A stretch of 63,818 bases of DNA, filler included, from Limisphaerales bacterium (GCA_044225505.1; 3 parts of 3 records of this genome joined end to end with filler, not necessarily neighbours in it); one strand, 5' to 3'; shown: positions 40,209 to 50,865, numbered from the whole stretch's first letter. Made by a program: numbers and translations. The notes: generated from the sequence alone by a model not told the origin.

Positions 40209-40296
40209 TGATGGTGAACTGCGCTGCCCGGGCTGAATCTTTCAAAAAAAGTGCAAGAAACGTGATGTTGCCAGCAGTAACTACCGGATACATCCA

Positions 40297-40929
40297 ATGA
40301 ACGATGCCGAATCCGACTTGAATCCCACCCGGGAGAGCCTGTTAGGCCGGCTCAAGAATTGGGCTGACCAGGAAAGCTGGCACGACTTCTTTAATACCTA
40401 TTGGCGCCTTCTCTACAACACCGCGGTCAAGTCCGGCCTGAATGACGCGGAAGCCCAGGACGTCGTTCAAGATACGGTTATCACCGTCGCAAAAAAGATG
40501 GAGGAGTTCACATACAACCCGGCCGTTGACTCGTTCAAAGGTTGGCTGCTCTATCTGACGCGCAAGCGCATCGCCCTCCAGTACCGCCGCCGTGCCCGCG
40601 ACCGGGGCCAGACTAGAACCGATGGCGAGGTCGTCGAATGGACTCCGGCCGCTGAAGAAATTCCGGATCCAGCAGGATCAAAGTTGGACGACATCTGGGA
40701 GGAAGAATGGGAGAGGAGCCTTTGGAACGTCGCTCTCGCCAGGGTCAAGGATCAGGTAGCTCCCAAGCAATTCCAAATGTTCCAGCTCTATGTCTTGAAG
40801 GAGCTGCCAGCTCCCGAAGTGGCCCGGACGTTTCAGGTGACCGTGGCCCAGGTCTATCTCGCCAAGCACCGCCTTTCCACCCTGCTCCAGAAGGAACTCC
40901 TCCGGCTCCAGCGGGGCTCGATCCCCTGA
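40297..40929 (+). CDS. ECF sigma-70 factor of the kinase-associated type
   Basis: TRESLLGRL, SWHDFFNTY, AQDVVQD, SFKGWL and VYLAKHR. Confidence 0.92.
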   Translation: MNDAESDLNPTRESLLGRLKNWADQESWHDFFNTYWRLLYNTAVKSGLNDAEAQDVVQDTVITVAKKMEEFTYNPAVDSFKGWLLYLTRKRIALQYRRRARDRGQTRTDGEVVEWTPAAEEIPDPAGSKLDDIWEEEWERSLWNVALARVKDQVAPKQFQMFQLYVLKELPAPEVARTFQVTVAQVYLAKHRLSTLLQKELLRLQRGSIP

Positions 40930-41013
40930 CCTGGAGCTTGCCCATTCTCTCAGCCTTCCCTAAGCTACCGCGCGGACCGAGTCGGAAGGCCACCAGAACG
41001 AGCCGGTCCGATT

Positions 41014-44000
41014 ATGCCCGATCCCCCGTTTTCTCCGGACCCGAACCAGCACTCCCCGCGGGTGTGGCCCGTGCCCTCGGTGGCCATCCCGGATCACGAA
41101 CTGCTTCGTTGTATCGGCCGCGGCAGCTATGGAACCGTCTGGCTCGCTCGGAGCGTGATCGGCAGCTGGCGCGCCGTCAAAATCGTCCGCCGCGATCTGT
41201 TTACTGAAGTCGGCCCGTTTGAAAGAGAATTGGCCGGCATCCAACAGTTCGAGCCCGTATCCCGAACGCACCCCGGATTAGTGAGTATTTTGCATGTGGG
41301 GAAAAAAGAGTCGGACGAATGTTTCTACTACATCATGGAGTTGGCGGACGACGCCGCGGGAGGCGAGACCATTGAACCGCAAAACTACGCCGCCAGAACG
41401 TTGAGTCGTGACCTGCGCCGGCACGGCCGGTTGCCGCTCAGCGTGTGCCTTCGGCTGGGCCTCGCCTTGAGCAACGCCATGGAGCACCTTCATCGGCACG
41501 GCCTGGTCCATTGCGACCTCAAACCCTCGAACATCATCTTTGTGCGGGGCGTTCCAAAGCTGGCCGATGCCGGTCTGGTGGCCGCTGCCTTTCACGACGG
41601 CGGTTCCGCCGGAACGCGGGCCTACCAAGCGCCGGAGGGACCCGGCACACCCGCTGCCGACGTGTTTAGCCTGGGCAAGCTCCTCTACGAGATCAGCACG
41701 GGTTACGACCCTTTGCGCTTCCCCGAGTTGCCCAACGAACCGCACGGCTCTCTCGAGGAAAGTCGCCTGTTCGGGCATCTCAACGAGGTATTACTGCGGA
41801 CCTGCGAGCCAGATCCAACAAAACGACTGGCCAGCGCCGGCGCCCTCGCAGCGGCTTTGGCCCAAGGCGATGTTCCTCGCGGAGCCGGGCGCAGAGTCGA
41901 ACGTCGCGCGGCGGCTCAGTTGACAGGCACACTCCTTCCCAGCCACGGCGAACGCAAACTCGTCACCGTTCTGGCGGTGAACGTCAATCCGCGGCGTCGG
42001 CTAGACCCCGAGCGGCTCCAACAGTTACTGCGAGCTTTCCTGGAAGTGATCCGCTCCGTGACACTCACTTTTGGGGCGGCGCCCATCCCGTTAGGGAGCG
42101 ATGGAGTTTGGGTCACTTTTGGCGCCCCTGCCGCCTGCGAAGATCACGCCAGGCGGGCAACGGAGTGCGCGCTGGCAATCGCGCACCGTTTTGAGTGCCG
42201 GCCGCCCTCAGACGGGCCAACGGATCAAGGCGATTTCGAAGTGCGGTTCGGGCTCAGCACCGGCCTGGCTATCAGCGCCGAAGAAGACGCTTCCGCTCCG
42301 CTGCCCGTTCTGGGAGAACCGGTCACGGTCGCTGGCCGGTTGGCCGTCGCCGCCCGGCCGGGGGAGATCCTGATTGGGGAAGACACCCACCGCGCAGCCC
42401 ACCAGTATTTTGTCACCCACCCGGCGGCCGGCGGCTTGCTGCCCGAACCTTGGCACAATCTACGCGTCTTTCGAGTCCAAGGGGCTCGCCCGTTGCGGAC
42501 CCGGCTGCAAATCACGGCGGAGCGAGGGCTCACCCCTTATGTCGGCCGTGTTCGAGAACTGGAACTGCTCCACAATCGCTTCGAACAGGCCCGCGCTGGT
42601 CGCGGGCAAATAGTGCTGCTGGCGGGCGAGGCAGGTATCGGTAAATCCCGGCTGCTACTCGAGTTCCGTCGGTCAATCGCCGACGCCGGGACGCGCTGGC
42701 TGGAAGGACGGTCGGTCTCGTTTGGCAGCCGGATGAGCTATTTGCCCATCATCGACCTGGTCAAGCGGCTCTTTGAAATCGAAGACACGGACGACGATCG
42801 GATCGTCACCGCAAAACTGGATGCGCGCCTGAACCTATCCCCGGACGGGGACGAATTGCTCCGGCCACTGCTCCGCGCGTTGCTCTCGTTGCAGAGTGAT
42901 GATCCGGCCGTTCTTCACATGGACGCGCAGCAGCGCCGCATCCGGACCTTCGAAGGCTTGCGCCACATGATCCTGCGGCACGCCCGCCACCAACCTCTGG
43001 TCCTGGCCATTGAAGACCTGCACTGGCTGGACAAAACGTCCGAAGAGTTCTTGGTCTCGCTCTCGGAGGCGTTGTCCGAAGCGCCCGTATTGCTCCTCCT
43101 GACCTTTCGGCGGGACTATCGAGATCCGTTCCCGGCCCACGCTGCCGTCACAAGGACTTCGCTTACTCCCTTGACCAGGGCCGAGAGCCTGGAGTTGGCG
43201 AGTTGGGTCCTGGCGGGGGCGCGCTTGCCCTTGGAACTGGAACAGTTGGTCAGTGCGAAAGCCGAGGGCAATCCCTTCTTTGTCGAGGAGATGCTTCGCT
43301 CCCTGCTCTCGACGGGAAGACTCCAGCTGGAAGGCCATCAGTGCCGGACCACAGACTTGCTCTGGGACTCACAGGTTCCGGATACCGTCCAGGACGTTAT
43401 CATGAGCCGCATCGACCGGCTGGAGGCGGGTCCAAGGCAAACACTACAACTGGCCTCGGTGATCGGCCGCGAGTTCAGCGTCGGACTCCTCGCCACCCTC
43501 GCCGGGTTGGACGAGCCTTTGGCGGTCTCGCTCGGCCAGTTACGCGACCTTGAATTCATTGACGACAGCTCGGTCTTTCCCGACCACATCTGCCTCTTTA
43601 AGCACGCCTTGACTCAGGAGGTGGCCTACAACAGCCTGCTCCTGCAGCGTCGCAAGGAATTGCATTGTCTGGTCGCCGCTGCCATTGAGGAGCTTTACGC
43701 GACCCGCCTGCCCGAATTCTACAGTCTCGTCGCCTACCATTACGAACGCGGCGAAGAGTGGGATCGGGCCCTGGACTTCCTCATCCGAGCTGCGGAACGT
43801 TGCCACGCCGCCGCCGCTTACCGGGAAGAAGAACCATTGCTCAGCCGGGCCATGGCCATTTCCGAGCGCCTTGGCCACCCCGCTTTGCTCACGGAACTCC
43901 GCGGGCGCCGCGGGTCCGCGCGTCTCCGCCTCGGTGCCTGGGCCGAGGCTAAGCCGGATCTGGAAAGCGCCTTGGCCCAGGTCCCCCCCGATCAGATCGA

Positions 44001-45147
44001 GCGGCGCGCGGAATGGCTCCATGATCTAGCCAGCGCCTGCTTTTGGGACGTAGATATTCCTCGAGTGGCCAAGTGCGCGGCAGAGGGGCACTCGCTGGCG
44101 GTCCGGGCGGGGCGTGATGACCTCATCGCCGGCATGCTCGGCTGGCTGGGCGCGGAACGCCAGACCGAGGGCGACCTGAGCGGAGCAGCCTCGTTCTACG
44201 AAGAAGCCCTGGTCAAGGGGCACGGTTTCTGCGTCGCATCCCTGGCCAATTACGCGATGGTCCTTTACTGGCAGGGGCGCCTTCCCGAGGCCATCGCGCG
44301 CGCGCGCGAATCGACCCGGATGTATCGCAACCTCAGTGACGACTTTGCCCTGTGCTTTGCCTACCCCACCTCGGCTTGAGCTTGGCCGCGGCCGGCCGCT
44401 ATCGTGAGGCGGAAGAAGTATTTCAGCAGGCGATTCAGCTGGCGGAATCACGTCAGATTGCCACCTTTTTCGCCAGGTCCTCTGCCATGTCCGCAGGGTT
44501 TTACCTCGACCTGTGCGACTTCGCCCCGCATGAGCGGCTGGTCCAAGAAGTGCGAGAACTCGGACAGTCCGCCGGATTCGGAGCGGTCGTGGTCAGCACT
44601 TGCCTGGACCTGGCCTTCAATTACGCCCGCCAGGGCGAAGCTGGTCGAGCTGAACCCCTTCTTGCCCCCGATTGCCGCCGGAGCTACGAACCTGGGCGGA
44701 TGGCATCGCTGGCTCTGGGAAATCCGGTTGGTCCAAGTCCGCGCGGAAATCGCCCTGGCGCGCCAGGACTGGGACGCCGCTCTCAGCTGGTCAACCCAGT
44801 CCATCGCCTCGAGCCAGCAGCGGGGCCGGGTCAAATACTTCGTCGCCGGCCTGGTGGCGCGCGCCCAAGCCCTCGCGGGCAGAGGACGCAAAACGGAGGC
44901 GCTCGCTGATCTACGGCGGGCTATGTCCGTGGCACGGTCCGCCAGCGACCCCGCCCTTTTCTTGCGAGCCGGACTGGCCGCCATCGCTTTGGAACCGGAT
45001 GAAGCCGTGTTTCTCGAGGCCCAGGGAACGGCCCGAAAGATCCTGACGGAATTGCCTGAGAAAATGAAAACCCGCTTCCAAAACGGCGCCTGGATCGCAC
45101 CGCCGCGCGTCTCGGGAACATCGGTCACGCCCGGGATGGCTTGCTGA
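41014..45147 (+). CDS. Ser/Thr kinase + cyclase-homology domain + STAND/AAA ATPase + TPR fusion (frameshifts near 44370 and 44665)
   Basis: GRGSYG/HCDLKPSN kinase; ERKLVTVL..EDHARRA cyclase-like domain; VGRVREL, GEAGIGKS, IEDLHW, GNPFFVEE and FKHAL; TPR-like helices continue in ORFs 44352 and 44404. Confidence 0.85.
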
Positions 45148-45413
45148 CTTCTGCCCCTTCAAGGCGTTTCCCGGGCTTGAGTCGTGTTCAGGTCTTACCC
45201 CGAGTCCAACGCGTTGCCGGGCGCGGAATCCTGAATCGCATGACCCAAGTGCCTCCTCGCAAGGCCATCGACACTCTGGCCAAAGGTACGCTTGACCAGC
45301 CTCGGGTTGTCTCCCGGCTTGAACTTCGGTCCGCTCTGGCTTTACTCTTCGCTGGCGATCGACTCGCGCGGGGTTGCGACCGGCACACTCGCAACAGCCC
45401 AGTAACTCGCACC

Positions 45414-45903
45414 ATGAATGTAGACCACATCCTGCGGACTTTGAATGAAAGCCAAGTGGACTACGTGCTGATTGGAGGGATGAACTTCCTCATTAGACAC
45501 CTGCCGGAACTGACCTTCGACGTGGACATTTGGGTGCAGGATACGGTCGAAAATCGGACTCGACTGAATCGATGCTTGCGATTGTTGGGGGCGGCGTGGG
45601 GACGCACGGAGGCCGAATGGCGCCCCGTCTCCGACGACCCGCGCTGGCTCGAAAGCCAGGGCGTTTTCTGCTGACCACTACTCACGGCGCGTTGGACATC
45701 TTCCGCGATGTTCGCGGATTGGAGGGAAGTATAGGAAGTGCAAAGCCCGCGGTGTTCCAACCACGACGGCCGCCGGCGTCTCGTTCATCGGACTTTCAGA
45801 TCCCGATATGCTCGCTTGTCAGGAAGCCTTGCCGCCCCACGAACGAAAGACCCGTCGCATGGAAGTCTTGCGCCGGGCCATCGCCCGTCGCGGCAACCCT
45901 TGA
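45414..45903 (+). CDS. Nucleotidyltransferase-fold protein (two frameshifts)
   Basis: YVLIGG...TFDVDIW NTase motif; continues as LTTTHGALDIF and GLSDPDML to TGA at 45901-45903. Confidence 0.65.
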
Positions 45904-45906
45904 CCC

Positions 45907-46104
45907 ATGGACGCTGACGCCATAAAACGAGCTGAGGAAGCAAAACGTGACGCCGCCTATGATCCCGCGGCGCGTTGGCTGCACTTGCAGCAAACGATTA
46001 CCTGGGCGGAGGAGAATATGCCACGCCACCTCCGGCGCAATCGCCCCCGGACGCATCCGAGCCAGGCTGCGGCTTCGACTCCAAACGACACGCCGAACCA
46101 TTGA
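45907..46104 (+). CDS. Small hypothetical protein, partner of the nucleotidyltransferase
   Basis: ATG 3 nt after the upstream stop; 65-aa helical sequence. Confidence 0.55.
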   Translation: MDADAIKRAEEAKRDAAYDPAARWLHLQQTITWAEENMPRHLRRNRPRTHPSQAAASTPNDTPNH

Positions 46105-46144
46105 CCGGCGTTCCGCGCGGGAGTAAGGTTGCACTGCGGTCTAA

Positions 46145-47237
46145 AAAGAGTTGACATCTTCTGCTGGAGAGCCGCGACAAAGCGTTGGCGCTTCGGATCC
46201 TCGGGCAGCGCCTGCGCAAATCGCTTCACCCCTGGGCTGCCGCCTGGTACTTGACCCCCACCTCTGGCACCACTTCCGCCAAACGCAGCCCTCCATACCG
46301 CGTCGCCACATACATCACGCATCCCGCGTCCAGTCCCCATGCCGATCCGCCCACCCCTCCCACTTCTCTTTTCGGATCTTCTCCGCCGCTCTCACCAGCT
46401 CGGTCCACCTCACTCGCTCCCGCATCCGCCGAACTGGGGTTTGTTCCTCCTCGCTCACCTTTCGTCCCGTCAGCACCCAGCGCGCATACTCCCTCTCGCC
46501 CAGCACCACTCCTCCCACCAACCCTTCCCAGGGACTCTCCACCCCCCTTGCCGGATCGGCTCCTCCGTATACGCCTGCAACGCCGCCTTCCGCTCCGCCC
46601 GGCTCCGTCCTCCGCAGGCTTTGCCGATCACCCCCGGCTTCCAGCCACCCTGGATTATCCTCCGCTCCCAGATAAATCCTCCACGAACTCCAGCGATATT
46701 CCCTGAGCACTTCCAATCGGCGCTTCACCAATTCCTCCCCTGGATTCTTACAACCCAGCACCCGCGCCCGCCGCTGGTCCTCCTTGCTCAAACCCAAGCC
46801 CCCGATCCGCACCGGATTTAGATGGAGATATCGTGCCACCTCCACCGCTTTGCCCTCCTCCTGGATCAACACCGATTTGAACCGGCCCTGAAACACCGTC
46901 CCGTGGGAGCGGTGCGCCCAGTTGAACTTGACGGCGTAACTCACATTGAGCCAACGAATCGCGTGGCTCAGGTTGGCCTCCCCTGTCCGCAACAGCAGGT
47001 GATAGTGGTTGTCCATCAGCACAAAGGCGTGCACCTCCAGCCCATAGCGTTCCGGCAACTCCGCCACCGCGCCCAGAAACCGCTGCCGATCCGCGTCGTC
47101 CAAAAACAACGCTTCTCCTCGATGCCCCCGATTCATGACGTGATACCACGCCCCGGCCACGTCCACACGTAACGCTCTTGCCATCCCTCCAGCATCCAAG
47201 CGTCACACTCTCCTGTCAACTCTTTAGATACGACCCC
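46145..47237 (-). mobile_element. Y1 (HUH) tyrosine transposase, RAYT/TIRYT-like, flanked by inverted repeats; frameshifted C-terminal HTH
   Basis: YHVMNRG, VLMDNHYHLL, FQGRFKS, RYLHLNPVR and YRWSS; AAAGAGTTGACA (46145-46156) vs TGTCAACTCTTT (47214-47225). Confidence 0.85.
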
Positions 47238-47245
47238 ATTGCCTC

Positions 47246-48117
47246 CTATTCATATGGCGGTGGGCATACCGACTTTGTTGAGCGTCCGCCAGCAATCATG
47301 CCATCCATCAGTAGCTTTCGTGAGCGGCAACGGTAATCGGTCGGTGTCATCCGGCAACGGATCTTGAACTGCTCGGCGAAGCTGCTGGCGTCCACAAAAC
47401 CGGTCCGGGAGGCGATTTCGCTGACTGTGAGATTGGACTCTTCAAGCAGACGTGCGGCTGCAAGGACGCGGGTGCGGATGAGGAATTCCCGGGCGGTGAT
47501 GCCAAAGGCCGCATTGAACCGCCGCTGGAAGCTGTCGCACCGACTCCCCGCAGGCGGCGGCGACCTCGGCGATGATGAGAGGCTTGGCATAGTCTGGCGG
47601 ATGACGGAGACCGCTTTGGAGACGGTTTGAAAAAGGGCAGCTTCATCTCCTGGCCGCCGACTCTGCGAAGGATGCCCATGACGCCATGCGGACGGCCCTG
47701 TTTGTCGAGCAGGGGTAGCTTGGTGACGAGAAACCAGTCTGGCAGCCCAAGACGGTCAAACCAGAGTTCAATGCGCTCCACTCGTTTGGCAGCTCCTTTG
47801 AGCAATAGTTCGTCGTCGCGGACGTAGCTCTCCGCCATCGGGTCGGGGTTTATCTCGAAATCCGTCAAACCCAGCATCTCGGTTTCAGCCTGCATTTGGT
47901 AACGTTCGAGGATGCGATGGCTGGCAAACATCGTCCGCCCCTCGCGATCCTTGGCAAAGAAAGAAATGCCGGGGATGTAATCGAATAGCTCCAGAAACGG
48001 AGCCTCCGAGGCCAGCGAGGCCAGCCATTGGGTGCGGTGCTTCTTGAGCCCGACAATCTCCGACCTGCTGCGGAGTCGGCGTCTCAGCTTCGGACGCAGT
48101 ATTGTCGCTTTTGGCAT
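47246..48117 (-). CDS. PAS-domain AraC-family regulator (frameshifted)
   Basis: FFAKDREGR..VTKLPLLDKQG PAS-like domain; TVSEIASRTGFVDASSF..MTPTDYR AraC HTH in a second frame. Confidence 0.8.
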
Positions 48118-48189
48118 AGCCTTTGTCGTAACCACGGCGGCCGAGAAATGCAACATTCTTAACATATTTCAACGCGAGCCTGCGCAGCC

Positions 48190-48265
48190 TGCCGGTCATC
48201 GCATTCTCGCCATCGAGATTGGCGGAACGAAGCAGCAGGTGGCGGCCGGCACAGTTGACCACTAA
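48190..48265 (+). pseudogene. ROK-family (sugar kinase) N-terminal remnant
   Basis: RILAIEIGGTKQQVA resembles the ROK phosphate-1 motif, followed by an abrupt stop. Confidence 0.5.
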
Positions 48266-48341
48266 CACCAACGCAAATAATTGCCGTTGACCAGACGGCA
48301 GGCCGCCAGACCTCAAATCAACCCAACGGCCCTACAACGTT

Positions 48342-50561
48342 ATGAAAAAGCAATTATTGCTAACAGGATTAATCTGTTTCTTTTGCAGCCAGCTTAAAGC
48401 CCAAACAAACCTGATCCTTGCAGATTATGATGGTACCGATCTGAATTTCAGTAAATGGGGAGGCAACGTTTCATTTGCGATAGTTCCGAACCCTGACACA
48501 TCCGGAGCGAATACCTCTACAAGTGTCGGTGAGTTTACGTGGGGAGGGCCATCTTACGGGATAGAGAGTGCCCAGTTGCCTGGTGGAGTCATTGACTTTG
48601 GTGCAACGCCCTATGGCACAATGAAAATCTGGTCGGCAAAACCCATCAAAGTTGAACTTCAGTTCCAAAACTTTAGTGATTGGACATCCTCGGCGGTAGT
48701 GTCGTACACGTTAAAGGCGAGTCAGACAAATAAATGGGTTCAACTGGCTTTTGATTTCACGGGAGTAACGAAGACCGATCTTGACCGGGTGGTACTGTTT
48801 CTGGACCGTGCGGGTATCTACTCGGCGGATCAGGACAAGATTTATTTTGATGACATACAAGTAAGCAGTAAAAAGCCTGTCATACCATTGCTCGATGTGA
48901 TGCTTGCCGATTACGATGGAACCAATCTAACTTTCAGTACATGGGGAGGCAGCGGTTCATTTGCAAAAGTTGCCAACCCTCATCCATCCGGAGTAAATAC
49001 CTCTACCAATGTCGGTAAGTTTGCCTGGGGAGGGGTTACCTACGGGATAGAAAGTGCACAGTTACCGGGTGGCGCCATTGACTTTAGTGTAACGCCTTAT
49101 GGCATACTGAAAATCTGGTCGCCGAAACCCATAAAGGTTGAGCTTCAGTTCCAGGCCTTTAGTGATTGGACATCTTCGGCGGTAAGGTCTTACCAGTTGA
49201 CGGAAAGTCAGACCAATCAATGGGTTGAACTGGCTTTTGATTTTACCGGAGTAACGAAGACCAATCTCGATAGGGTAGTACTATTTCTGGACCGTGCGGG
49301 CACGTTCTCGAAGGGTCAGGACAAGTATTATTTTGATGACATAAGAGTCAGCGATGAAATGCCTGTAATGCCTGCACCTGATGTGATGCTAGCAAATTAC
49401 GATGGAACCGACCTGACTTTCAGTAAATCGGGAGGCAACGTTTCATTTGCAAAAGTCGCCAACCCTCATGCATTCGGAGTAAATACCTCCGGAAATGTCG
49501 GTAAGTTTGCCTGGGGAGGGGTTACCTATGGGATAGAAAGTGCACCGTTACCGGGTGGCGCCATTAATTTTGGTGCCACCCCTTATGGCGCAATGAAGAT
49601 CTGGTCGGCAAAACCCATACTGGTTGAGCTTCAGTTCCAGGCCTCTAGTGATAGGACATCTTCGGCGGTAAGGTCTTACCAGTTGACGGAAAGTCTGACC
49701 AATAAATGGGTTGAACTGGGTTTTGATTTTTCCAGGTTAACGATGACCAATCTCGACAGGGTGGTACTATTTCTTGATCGTGCGGGCACGTTCTCGACGG
49801 GCCAGGACAACTATTATTTTGATGACATAAGAGTCAGCAGTCAGAAGCCTCCAAAGCCGCCGGTTGACAGGATGCTGGCCGATTATGATGGAACCGACCT
49901 GACTTTCAGTAAATGGGGAGGCAACGTTTCATTTGCCATCGTTCCGAACCCTGACACATCCGGGGCAAATACCTCTGGAAATGTCAGTGAGTTTACGTGG
50001 GGAGGTCAGACTTTTGGGATGGAAAGTGCCCAGTTACCGGGTGGAGCTATTGACTTTAGCGGAACCCCTTATGGCAAGATGAAAATCTGGTCGGCAAACC
50101 CCATACTCGTTGAACTTCAGTTCCAGAACTTCGGTGATTGGACATCCTCGGCGGTAAGAACTTACCAGTTGACGGAAAGTCAGACCAATCAATGGGTTCA
50201 ACTGCTTTTTGATTTTACCGGATTGAAGAAGACCGATCTTGACCGCGTAGTACTGTTTCTGGACCGTGCGGGTATCTACTCGGCGGATCAGGATAAGTAT
50301 TACTTTGATGACATAGAGGTGGTGGTGCCCCACCCACCCTTCGACGTGACCCACATTGCGGTATCACTCACGGAGGTCGCCCTCACTTGGACCTCCGTCC
50401 CCTCTGCCACCTATACCATTGAAGGAACGACGAGTGTGTCGGACCCGACCGCGTGGGCCGTCGTGGCGCAAGACATCCCCTCCGGCGGCACCACCACCGC
50501 CAAGTCCGTGCCGCGCGACAATGCGAACGCGAAATTCTACCGCGTGAAGAACCAGCCTTGA
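48342..50561 (+). CDS. Exported protein with four tandem ~162-aa CBM-like domains and a C-terminal 'FYR' module
   Basis: Four repeats LADYDGT...LDRVVLFLDRAG...YFDDI with a period of ~486 nt; signal peptide ending LKA-Q. Confidence 0.85.
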   Translation: MKKQLLLTGLICFFCSQLKAQTNLILADYDGTDLNFSKWGGNVSFAIVPNPDTSGANTSTSVGEFTWGGPSYGIESAQLPGGVIDFGATPYGTMKIWSAKPIKVELQFQNFSDWTSSAVVSYTLKASQTNKWVQLAFDFTGVTKTDLDRVVLFLDRAGIYSADQDKIYFDDIQVSSKKPVIPLLDVMLADYDGTNLTFSTWGGSGSFAKVANPHPSGVNTSTNVGKFAWGGVTYGIESAQLPGGAIDFSVTPYGILKIWSPKPIKVELQFQAFSDWTSSAVRSYQLTESQTNQWVELAFDFTGVTKTNLDRVVLFLDRAGTFSKGQDKYYFDDIRVSDEMPVMPAPDVMLANYDGTDLTFSKSGGNVSFAKVANPHAFGVNTSGNVGKFAWGGVTYGIESAPLPGGAINFGATPYGAMKIWSAKPILVELQFQASSDRTSSAVRSYQLTESLTNKWVELGFDFSRLTMTNLDRVVLFLDRAGTFSTGQDNYYFDDIRVSSQKPPKPPVDRMLADYDGTDLTFSKWGGNVSFAIVPNPDTSGANTSGNVSEFTWGGQTFGMESAQLPGGAIDFSGTPYGKMKIWSANPILVELQFQNFGDWTSSAVRTYQLTESQTNQWVQLLFDFTGLKKTDLDRVVLFLDRAGIYSADQDKYYFDDIEVVVPHPPFDVTHIAVSLTEVALTWTSVPSATYTIEGTTSVSDPTAWAVVAQDIPSGGTTTAKSVPRDNANAKFYRVKNQP

Positions 50562-50816
50562 TTTTTGCCTCTTCTCGGAATCGAGTGGGTAGTTGTTGGT
50601 CGGCACGATTGGAGTTACGGTAAACTCGCCGAGCCGATTAACCGGTTTGCCTGCGGGCTAGAGCGGTTGTCAGAATGGGAACGTTCGCGGTTTTTGATGG
50701 AGGGCTTCGTCACGCTGCGGATGCAAACACTCTCCTCGTTTTCATCCACAACTTTACATGCGTGCGGGGTCGGACCTGAGGAACCGTTTGGAGTTGGCCT
50801 AGTTAGGCCGTCTAGC

Positions 50817-50865
50817 CGTTAGCGCTCACCGAAATTGACCCGTCTCTGCTCACGGAAATTGACCC
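50817..50865. mobile_element. Probable IS21-family terminal repeat region
   Basis: CGTTAGC followed by two copies of GCTCAC(C/G)GAAATTGACCC with a 24-bp period, 90 nt from the contig end. Confidence 0.6.

Noticed and set aside
48405..50320. CRISPR array or DGR template/variable repeats
   Set aside because: The repeats are ~486-nt in-frame protein domains with no spacers, and no reverse transcriptase or cas gene is in the window
50824..50865. Mini-CRISPR
   Set aside because: Only two 18-bp copies separated by 6 nt, which fits an IS end
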